A stretch of 64,000 nt of DNA, from positions 515,468,001 through 515,532,000 of the forward strand of contig NC_067399.1 of assembly GCF_016432865.1 (NCBI RefSeq), given 5' to 3'. The notes under the pieces are model-generated. The model saw only the letters and a program-made list of their open reading frames with translations. It made no database searches and was not told the origin of the DNA. The DNA comes from Antechinus flavipes. Taxonomy: Eukaryota. Positions within the stretch are counted from its first letter, which is position 1; every line of letters starts with the position of its first letter. Shown here piece after piece: positions 53,572 to 64,000 of this stretch. The translations under genes were made by a program, and so were the position numbers.

Positions 53572-55284
53572 TTGTGCTTTTACTATGAGCATATGTCAAT
53601 ATATTCAATGTCATGACAGCCTTTCCTCTGACCCCAGCTTGTGGGTCTTAGAAACTGAAGTGATTGTGATTCAATGGCCTTTGACAGCCCACGGAGGTCA
53701 TTTCTGAATGTAAAGTGGAAGTTATCTCTATGTTACCTGCCTATGTCTTGCTCATGAATTGGAAGAGTTAATGAAAAATTTGAGAAGTTTTTGCAAGAAT
53801 CCATAGAGTAATATATGTAATAATAATACTATTACAAAACAAGGGCAGATGAATAGGAATCAAGAATTAATTTTAGGGCAAAACAAGCATGGTGGGGGTC
53901 CAAACACAAAGTACAGGAGAATAAAAGTAAAAGAGACTGGAACATAACTGAAGAGTGTGACATAGGGTTGTTGAGGGTAATGAAGGGGCCCACTTCTCAT
54001 TCTTGAATAATGAATGAGGAGTTGAGATTTGATTACTCAAGCATGCTGATTCTGGGCATGTTACTTGGGGCTCTGATAACTTTTTTTTCCTACTTTAGTC
54101 ACTTACTGAATGCAGAATCAATTATTAACAAGTACTGTGAAATTTATCCATTTACCTGGCAGGTTTGCCTATGGGCAATGTTTTCCCACATTTAGAGTAG
54201 TAAGCAAGGAGGGAATTAGTGTGGACTAATCCCCAAAGGATTAGATTATATTAAATAGAGTTGAGGCTCACTAAGGTTTGAATCTCAAGGTATAAAAGGT
54301 TAACCTGTAAGGTAGAAGTCTATTAAGTTTGAGTTTTTACTTTTTTAGATTTTGAAATCTGTACACTGATTTCTTTTGGGGATTGCCAGAATTGATATGG
54401 GAAGTCAGGCACCAGTGTCTGGGGCTTTGGATACCAGAGTTCTCAAAGGTAGTAACAGCTGCAAAATGCCTTCTTTCCCAGCTCCTTTTTCCCTTCCTTT
54501 CCCTTCTGTCTTTAGGGATAGAATTGGCGGTTGTATGTGTGTTAGGTTAAAGGTGGAACATTTATTAAATGTCTATTATGTGCCAGGCACTGTGCTAATG
54601 AATTTACATCCATTTCAGTAAGTGGATCTTCCTCCCAGAAGTCCCAGGCCAGTTCTTTATATGATGTTTTGGAAGGTGGGATTTTAATTTGGAAGATGTC
54701 AAAAGCTGGCTTCTGTAAAGCCGGAGAAGATCAAGGAGTTTCAGGGACCTCTGTAAATGCCCAAATAAATGCCAGTCTCTCTATATAGACTTGTGCTTTT
54801 CTTTTAATGACTATTGAAATTAGGAAGAGAGGAAAGAGGATCCTAAGTTCACTTTGTGTGGCTGGAGAGGGCCCGGAAATTTCAAGGACCTGGGCAAATG
54901 CTATTCTCTCATTATCTGAACCTTGTGCTTGTCATTTAATGATTGTTGCAGTTAGGAAGAAAAGACAATCCCTAGTTTATTTCTTTCTCTGTTTTTCCCA
55001 TTAGGGAAATTTTGGGAGACTCTTGGTTCTGTGGGAGCTCATCAAAATCTGAAGCATTTTTATTGGAGCATACCTCTATAATTTAAGGAATTTCTATAAC
55101 ATAATATGCTTGTTATAAAGTGAGATTGTACCTTTTCCCCTGAGTTTATCCTCACTAAAATTTGTATCTTTCATTCTCAGCAGCATGAAATGGAGTATGA
55201 ATGCTTTTCACTGAATTCAGTCATTAAAGGTAGAAGATCCCTAAGTAAACCAAATTATTGTAGCTCCTCCTCTTCCCTTTGCAA

Positions 55285-55293
55285 TCTCTCTCT

Positions 55294-55328
<35 letters not shown>
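55285..55328 (+). repeat. (CT)n microsatellite
   Basis: Directly visible. Confidence 0.85.
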
Positions 55329-56632
55329 ATCTTCTAGTAGAGGATGATCCATCTCCATGTCTGTATCTTCCATCATGTTCCCATTGGCCTCCCTAGGTAC
55401 TCAGGTTGTGATCAAGGTTTAAGAATGATGATAAGACATGGGTAGCAGTGTGAAAGGACCTTCACAAAAAAGGTTAGAAATATTTTCTTGCTATTTGGTC
55501 ACTGAGCAAGCCTCCCAAGGTTTCCTCTTATTCTCCAAATCTCTTGAGAAGAACAAAAAAAGGTATAAGTGAGTCTCCCAAGCTGCTGGGCGCAATCCAA
55601 GTCCAGCTGGTTAGAGCTCTCCATTGCTCACGGCTTTTCTTCCTGGGACATGGAAAGAGCAGCAGAGGGAGAAAAGGAGATTGTAGGAACTAGGAAAAGG
55701 AAAGGTCCCCAGGCCTAGGGGGTATGCTCTAGATAGAAGAGAGGAGAGGCTTCGCATATCATATATAGTGAATCTGATTTTTTCCCCCCTTGAACAAAAA
55801 GTGTTGTCACAAGGTTATGTTATGTGAAAATACCTTTAGCCTCAACCTTCTGATCTGGGGAGAATTGCTCTCACTACCCCAAGACCCTATATTGTCCAGT
55901 GTATAGGAAGAGGGGGCAGGAAGCATAGGGTGAAAGCCTAACTTATTTCTGGCCAACAAGCATAGTTGCAAGGTGGAACAGGATAGAGTCACCCTTTACA
56001 AAGCTGGTCATACTATATGTGCTTTGGGCAGTTACAAGACTTCAGGAATTAATATCAGTCATAAGGATCTCATGGCCAATGAAGCTCTGCTCCAGGGCAT
56101 TGATATGACAGGGGCTGCCTTCTACCTTGACTGCTTCCTGGCTCCACACCAACCTTCCCCATGTGGTACCTTATGTCAAATATTGTCCAATTAGGTAGGT
56201 CCTTCTTACTGCTCCCTTTCAGTTCAAATGGTTCATCACCCAACAATTTACCCCAGGTATGGTGCAGCTTGAGTATGAGTGTGTCCAGCTAGCAAGTTAT
56301 TTCTACCTTCTATGCTCATTCCATCTGAAGATAAGGAGATAAGAGGTAGTAGGAGCAGCCTTTCTCCTGCTCTGCCTAAAAGTTTTAAGTTGGAAATAAC
56401 TTACAAGAAAAATGGAGCTGAAAGGGAAGCAGAATGAACCTCCATTAGGTTTATAGCTTGAAGGCTTTATTTAGGTAAGCTCTCTATTCTTTGCTTCTCC
56501 TCCTTCTCTTTGAGGTAAAAATAACGTATCTCTTATATATAAAGAGAACAACACAATAACATATCTCGTAATTCTAGAATACCATTTTTTTATGTGTCCA
56601 AACCCTGAACCTCAACTTCTCAAATAAACAAA

Positions 56633-57990
56633 ATGAATACTTTGCTCCTGTTTTCTTGGGGGAAGGGATGACTAAGGAGGAGCTGGTGAGTCCTTCCTCA
56701 TCATAGCCCACCAGAAGCCTTGCTCCTCCTTCCTCCCAGGGATCAGATTAATCTTGAGTTGAGGAAGGAGAACAGTACAGAGAAAAAAAAGTGTTAAGGA
56801 GATGGCAGAAGATAATGCTTTTGAAAGGCAAAGAAATTATGGTTATTGTTCTTGCCCATCCAATAGACTGTCGTTAATTAAATTCAACTATTCAAAGTTA
56901 GGGGTATGAAGTATTTCTAGGATAAGATTAAAAAAGACAGCAGAATTCAGTATCATGGTGATAAAAATTCCTGTGGTCTGTTTTTTTCCTTTTTAGGGAA
57001 TATCATTGGCAGACATGAAATGTAGCTACTCCCACTAAATCTAAAGATAAGCAAGAAGGATGCTTTTGATTGTTGTTTGATTGATTGATTGAAACAGTTT
57101 TGTACTGACAGCTGCATTGTGTACTAATAGGGACTCTGATCCCTTTGCTCCCTTTTTTTCTGCATTTCCTCTTCCTCTTTTTAGGGTGGGTTTTGTAAGT
57201 AGAGACCTTTAAGGCATCAATGCAAACTGAAAAAAGGTTTTTGTGAAGGACAGGCAATTATCTCTGTATCACTGAAAGGCAGGATCTCTTTAGGGGAGAT
57301 CAGGCCCTCTTTGGGAGTTTTCTTTACTATGCTCAGTTCAGTTCCTCTTGGAGCTCTAGCCTTCAGAATCCTTGATAAGCCTCTCTATTACATTCTAAGT
57401 TACTTAACCATGAGGACCAAATCTTTTAATACTTTAAAAAATAATCCCCTCACTGTATCTAACAGCTTCTTACAGATTGCTGCTCAAAAATGTTGAATGA
57501 ATGAATGAAAGTTAATCTTCTAGACCCACTTATACGGATGGGTTTGAGTGGCATCTAGCCATCATTAGATATTAGTAGTGGTGGTTGTCAGGTTTTTGCT
57601 AATCTAAGGTTAGGATGAGTCAGGAATTAGGGTGAATCAAATCAAAGTTGGCAAGGGTATAAAGAGAGGTTAGATCAGGAATTCATAGTCACCATGCCTT
57701 TTATGTCACTGAAGACTCAATAAGAGTGAGGGTAAAGAATGAGGAAATATTGTAATCTTTCTAAGTAAATCCTACTAACTTAAAGGCCTGAAGTTTTTTT
57801 TCTTTCTTTCTTGTAGGGAGATTCCATATGTTATAATAAAATATTTATTGTCTTCCATGAGTTTGTCACTGTATTAATTGCTATGGGGGATGGGGCCCCT
57901 GAATCCTTTGACTCTCTGTATTCTTTATTATCACTTCTTATTCTGACCCTGAAATCCTTTTTTCAAGATAATCTTCCCTACAACAATAAA
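56633..57990 (+). pseudogene. Granzyme B/cathepsin G-like serine protease pseudogene B: exon 1 56633-56685, exon 2 56997-~57130, exon 5 remnant from 57817; exons 3-4 not found
   Basis: ATG AAT ACT TTG CTC CTG ... GCT G|GTGAGT (53 nt, family norm 55); ttttag|GG AAT ATC ATT GGC AGA CAT GAA (GN-IIGRHE) then TAG; FVLTAALC (catalytic His replaced); ttgtag|GGA GAT TCC (GDS); TATA 56536-56543; AATAAA 57985. Confidence 0.7.
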
Positions 57991-60900
57991 CCACAATTTA
58001 TAAGATGGTACTGGCCACGGAAATAATGCTCTTTTAGTGTCTTTTTAAATAGCTGTAACACTCCCCCCCTCAAAAATCTCCTTTTGTCTTTCCCTTCTCT
58101 TGTTTATTTACCACTCTCCTATCTCTCCAAAGCCAAAATATGAGTTCTCATTTTCCTGTGATCCTTTTCCTTATTATGTTGCACATAGAGAAGCAAAATT
58201 GCTAAATAGGGATTGATTTTATCTCTTTCCTATTCCTTTAGCCCCATCCCTTTATTTCCATACTTCCCCCTTAAGGTACTTAAGTTTTGTTTCCTTACTT
58301 TGCAAAGCTTTACTTTTTCAACTTGTCAATGATTTCCCCCTAAATAAGGTATTACCTCTCTCAAGAGTATTTGCTTTTCAACGAATGGATGAGTCAATTT
58401 AAATTACAATAATATATAATATTAATAAATAATATAAAACAAAATACTATGCCAAGCATTGGGAATACAAATAGGAAAGTAAGACAATCCCTGCTCTCAA
58501 GGAACTCACGTTTTAATAAGAAACAACATGCTTAGTAATTTTCAGTTGCAAGTCAGATGGAAAGCACAGTGGTCCCTAAGATACATGGTAAAAGACTATT
58601 GGGGGTTGCCTTAAGGTGAGATGAATTCTAATTTAGACTCTGATCTATATAGAAAAGACATAAAAATAATAGTTTTATACCCAAGTAATGAATATTGCAT
58701 TGGTGTCATTCCAGAGGCAGGTAGACATAATTTTGGACAGGATTTTCCTGGTACTATCCCTCAAGACACATTGTACTATGTTATGGAAATGCTTGTTTTA
58801 TTCCATAAATTAAAAATAAAATTTAAAAAGTAAATTAAAGTTTATCACACACACTTCCCTCTTGTGATGCTACTCCTGGCTATGGATCTTAGGAGCGCCT
58901 CAGGCCTAGGGGTCTGTCATTGTGGTGACTGCAGGAGATCAGCTATCTTCAATTTTTCTTGGGTTAGGGAATCCTCTTCAGCTCTGGAGCCCATGAAGGA
59001 GGCCCTCTACTGCCTGTCACTCCTTACCTTCTTGGGAATGAATGTGTATCCAATTCCTTTCCCAATAGCATAAGAGAAAAAGCAAAAGACAACACAAAGG
59101 TGATCTTCTGATTACTCTCAGGAGTCCAGGAAATAGGACTAATTGTAAAAGAGAACATGCCTAGTGAAATTTGGAGAAGATAAAGAATCCAAGCCCAGTA
59201 GAACCTAGGATCCTGAGGGATAAGGACATGAAATATGAAGGAACTTCCAGTGTGGGTAGGTGGAAGCCATTGACTTCTAAGCAGGTATATAGGTAACTGA
59301 AGAGAAGAACCTACCCATACATGTTTCTTATGAAAAAAAATTACTGAAAGCCAAGAATGGACCTTCTTTTAAGAGACTTGAGAATTGGTATCTGGGGTGT
59401 TAAGGAAGTGAAAGTGGAAACTCCTAGTTTGGATCTCCTCAGTAAGTGGGAGGAGGGCAGTATCTTCCATTTTAGGCACTAGATATTATTCTCCAAACTT
59501 CAGAACAACTTTTTTCTACGTGGAAAATCCCAAGGTAAGAGGAGTTGGTAGTTTAGGGGAGGCAGAGCAGAAATAGAATGCGATTTTAGAGCAATTTATG
59601 TTGTAGAGATACCTAGGTCATGGGTTCCTCTTGAATTGCTTCTACAATTCTCCTGAGGCTGCTCTTCACCCTCATCAAAACTTGATCGTCTTTCAGATTT
59701 TCCCCAGTCTGAACCTGTATTTAGTAGTCAGCTACTTAAATGATAATTCATTCTTTAGCATCCTAGAATCCCTTGCACCCTCAACTTTTCATTGTCTTTG
59801 TCTATCTCCTGACCTGGATAGTCCAAAAAATCTGATTTTACTGTTTTATTGGTGCCTCTTTAACTTCCTTCATACCTCAAAATCTCATCTTTAGCCATCT
59901 TCTTCTCCTATGTCACAAGAAGAGATAATTCTCTCTTCCCAGGGGTGCATTTCCATCTGGACCTTTTGATTTCATATCCTTTGGACTCTTGTCCTTTTCA
60001 TAATCTTTCTTGTGCATACTCAGTTTTTCCTGTCTACTGTAATCTTCAGTGACTCTTCCCTCTCTTATTTCCTATTGTTGCCTATAATTCTGTTTTGATA
60101 TATCCAGTATGTCACTTGGTTAACCTCAATCAACACCCCTTTCCCTCTTATCTGTCCTTTTCTTCATTGACAAACTTTCTAGAAATAATCCAGTGGAGTA
60201 GTTTTACTAGAAATTAGGTTTTAGAAGTCAGCATATAAGACAAAAATCAAAGTAGTGAAAGTTATTCTTGATGATAACTTCAATGAACCCTGATATCTTT
60301 AAGCTGGTCTAACTGGCAAGGGTCCAGGATTTTTTGAAAGACTGTATATCAGTATATCAAGACAGCAGATGAATCTGAGATAGTTGCTATAGAAACAAGT
60401 GAATGTAAATTTAACTTTCACTCTACCCACCTAAGCTATTAAGAGACAGAGTAAGAAACAAAATTCCTACTCAAATAGGAGAAAACAAAAATAAGTAAAT
60501 ACTCAACTCACAGGAGATTCAGTGATTAGGGAAAATTAAACTCTTGAAAGAGTTTTACTCTTTAGTATGATTCTATTTGCAAATGATCACACCATCATGT
60601 AACTGTTTCTTCTGGAGTCAAGGAAGTCAAAGGGAATAACACACAAATCAAGGGGTTTTCTATCTGATCATCAAGGTGAGGAAGGCCAGCCAAGGCTGTC
60701 CATCTGTTAAGGGTCCACCAGCCTAAGCAGAATAAATGGATTGTTGGTATGATGAAGAGTATCACACTAGTATAGTGAGATGCTCATATTATGGGAGATA
60801 TGCTGAAGCTGAGAAAGACTGAAGGATAAGCAAATTTGTATCTCCTAATTAATATTTACTCCTTATAATTTATTCTCTCCTCCCAAATTCCACTCCTTCC

Positions 60901-61980
60901 CAAATCCTTCTACTGGGGATATAGCTGAATTCAGCCAAATTAAATGTTTGTATGATCCACTGGTCACTCAACAAACACTTATTAAGTGCTTACTTTGTGC
61001 CAGGCATAAAGGGCACTAAGTGACTAGAAAAACAAAACAAAACAAAACAAGGCAAAAACAGCCCCTGTCCTCAAGGAGTTTGACTTCTAATGGGGTAACA
61101 TATCTATGGAAATATAAGCTTATATATATATAGACACATACACAGGGCAACTGGGAAATAATCTCAAGAGGGAAGGCAGGAGCATTAAGGTCTTTTGCAA
61201 ATGGTGGGATTGTAGCTTGAAGTCAGGGAAAGAGGAGTGGAGGTAATGAGTGAGAGCATTCCAGGCATGGAACATATAAGCCAGGGAAAGTGCACAGATT
61301 GGAAGAAGGAGATTTATTTGAGGGATAGAAAGGAAACTACCATAAATATATTTCAGAGAGAATTGAAGTAGAAAAAGATTGGAATAGGAAAGAACTAGGG
61401 GACAAAGGATTTTTAAGACCAAACAGAAGATTTTTTACATTTGATCCTGGAGAAAATATGGATCCAGTACGAGTAGGGGTGGGGTGATATGGTCAGACCA
61501 GAAAATGGGTACAATTAGGAAGGATAAGAGGTAAAATACAATTATTATCTTGAAGAACCCATTTCATATTCTATATGGAAGGAAGTTGAGATTGCTAAGT
61601 GAAGAGAGATGGGATAAAGAAAAAATGATGGAAAGAGGGTCAAGATGCAGTTTAGTTTTTTTTTTTTAATTTTATTTTACCAACCACACACACACCAGGA
61701 GATAACATTTCTATATTTAAAACCAGAAAAAAACAGGATTATTGTATAATGTGACTCTCTACCAAGAATGCTATTTTAAAAACTTGATTTCTCCCCCTTG
61801 ATTTGGGTTTTGAATAAATGAATGAAAATAACACCAGTTGCTTAAGGGTCAAATGATAAACATTGTTCTAGAACCCTGGGGATGCAAATATTTAAGACAG
61901 TTCCTAACCTTCCAGGAACATATATTCTAATAGTGGAGGGGTGACCAGGAAGAGCCACTTTGGTCTTAAAAGTTCCTGGG

Positions 61981-64000
61981 AGAGATTCTACTAAAAAGCT
62001 ATTAGAAATAATTCATAACTTTAGCAAAGTAGCAGGATACAAAATAAATCCCCATAAATCCTCAGCATTTTTATACATCAACAACAAAATCCAACAGCAA
62101 GAGATACAAAGAGAAATTCCATTCAAAATAACTGTTGACAGCATAAAATATTTGGGAATCTATCTACCAAAGGAAAGTCAGGAATTATGTGAGCAAAATT
62201 ACAAAAAATTTTCCACACAAATAAAGTCAGACTTAAATAATTGGAAAAATATTAAGTGCTCTTGGATAGGCCGAGTGAATATAATAAAGATGATGATACT
62301 CCCTAAACGAATCTATTTATTTACTGCTATATCAATCAGACTTCCAAGAAAATATTTTAATGATCTAGAAAAAATAACAACAAAATTCATATGGAACAAA
62401 AAACGTTGAGAATCTCAAGGGAATTAATGAAAAAAAAAATCAAATGAAGATGGCCTAACTGTACCTGACCTAAAATTATATTATAAAGCAGCAGTCACCA
62501 AAACCATTTGGTATTGGCTAAGAAATAGATTAGTTGATCAGTAGAATACGTTGGGTTCACAAGACTATAGCAATCTAGTGTTTGACAAACCCAAAGATCC
62601 TAACTTTTGGGATAAGAATTCATTATTTGATAAAAACTGCTGGGATAACTGGAAATTGGTATGGCAGAAATTAGGCATGGACCCACACTTAACACCGTAT
62701 ACCAAGATAAGATCAAAATGGGTGCATGATCTAGGCATAAAGAACGAGATTATAAATAAATTAGAGGAACATAGGATAGTTTATCTCTCAGACTTGTGGA
62801 GGAGAAAGAAATTTGTGACCAAAGATGAACTAGAGACCATTACTGATCACAAAATAGAAAATTTTGATTATATCAAATTAAAAGGCCTTTGTACAAACAA
62901 AACTAATGCAAACAAGATTAGAAGGGAAGCAACAAACTGGGAAAACATCTTCACAGTTAAAGGTTCTGATAAAGGCCTCATTTCCAAAATATATAGAGAA
63001 CTGACTCAAATTTATAAGAAATCAAGCCATTCTCCAATTGATAAATGGTCAAAGGATATGAACAGAAAATTTTCAGAGGATGAAATTGAAACTATTACCA
63101 CTCATATGAAAGAGTGTTCCAAATCACTATTGATCAGAGAAATGCAAATTAAGACAACTCTGAGATATCACTACACACCTGTCAAATTGGCTAAGATGAC
63201 AGGAAAAAATAATGATGAATGTGGAGGAGATGCGGAAAAACTGGGACACTGATGCATTGTTGATGGAGTTGTGAATGAATCCAACCATTCTGGAGAGCAA
63301 TCTGGAATTATGCCCAAAAAGTTATCAAACTGTGCATACCCTTTGATCCAGCAGTGTTTCTATTGGGCTTATATCCCAAAGAGATACTAAAGAAGGGAAA
63401 GGGACCTGTATGTGCCAAATTGTTTGTGGCAGCCCTGTTTGTAGTGTCTAGAAACTGGAAATTGAATGGATGCCCATCAATTGGAGAATGGCTGGGAAAA
63501 TTGTGGTATATGAATGTTATGGAATATTATTGTTCTGTAAGAAATGACCAGCAGGATGAATACAGAGAGGACTGGCGAGACTTACATGAACTGATGCTAA
63601 GTGAAATGAGCAGAACCAGGAGATCACTATATATCTCAACAATGATACTATATGAGGATGTATTCTGATGGAAGTGGATTTCTTTGACAAAGAGACTTAA
63701 CTCAGTTTCAATTGATAAATGATGGACAGAAGCAGCTACACCCAAAGAAAGAAGACTGGGAAATGAATGTAAACTATTTGCATTTTTGTTTTTCTTCCCG
63801 GGTTATTTTTACCTTCTGACCCAATTCTCCCTGTGCAACAAGAGAACTGTTCGGTTCTGCAAACATATATTGTATCTAGGATATACTGCGACATATTTAA
63901 CATATATAGGACTGCTTGCCATCTAGGGGAGGGGTGAAGGGAGGGAGAGGAAAAATTGGAACAGAAGCGAGTACAAGGGATAATGTTGTAAAAAATTTAC
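61981..64000 (+). mobile_element. 5'-truncated LINE-1: ORF2 RT C-half, Cys-rich domain and 3' UTR, disrupted; runs off the window
   Basis: FSKVAGYKIN, IKYLGIYL, HYTPVKLAK, YPKE motifs with stops and frameshifts. Confidence 0.95.

Larger units (their letters stand above)
45392..55681 (-). pseudogene. Chymase-locus serine protease pseudogene A (CMA1-like): exon 1 remnant ~55681-55632, exon 2 remnant ~45518-45392, tentative exon 5 remnant ~43749-43625
   Basis: Exon 1: CTC CCT CTG CTG CTC TTT (LPLLLF) ... AGC C|GTGAGC phase-1 donor, no ATG, TATA 80 nt upstream. Exon 2: THSQ-FMTYLLHKRKTICGGGL (family motif PHSRPYMAYL..CGGFL) followed by a stop. Syntenic position next to SDR39U1. Joining these exons into one gene is inference. 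Confidence 0.55.

Noticed and set aside
58977-58991. 15-nt match to the chymase signal-peptide end (TCC AGA GCT GAA G)
   Set aside because: No hydrophobic core upstream and no donor.
59028-59158. Short hydrophobic minus-strand ORF ending at AG|GTAAGG
   Set aside because: No family motif or partner exon; AT-rich DNA often yields such peptides.

Overview
Marsupial genomic window, probably a dasyurid such as the Tasmanian devil (inferred from the CORE-SINE, RTE and L1 repertoire and the low CpG content). It covers the conserved therian NYNRIN(+) - CBLN3(-) - KHNYN(+) - SDR39U1(-) cluster and runs into the start of the chymase/granzyme locus. I reconstructed the exons by hand from splice sites and reading frame. 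NYNRIN has its last 4 coding exons here; the 2.85-kb terminal exon encodes a domesticated LTR-retroelement Pol remnant (RT thumb, two RNase H-like folds, HHCC, dead integrase core). CBLN3 has 3 exons, KHNYN 7 coding exons (796 aa) and SDR39U1 6 exons (294 aa). The distal 27 kb has no intact gene. It holds two degenerate chymase-locus serine-protease pseudogenes placed head-to-head, a betaretrovirus-like ERV (46.6-53.6 kb) with a nested pogo/Tc2 DNA transposon that itself carries an L1, solo LTRs and young L1 3' fragments. Main leads: (1) this NYNRIN keeps the NYN/PIN catalytic aspartates visible in the window, which as I recall are lost in human NYNRIN; (2) a CUBAN-like remnant marks the KHNYN-Pol fusion junction; (3) the hidden protease pseudogene pair; (4) a central copy of the polypurine tract in the ERV; (5) a GTG where CBLN3 would be expected to start. 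All comparisons with human proteins are from memory and need database confirmation.
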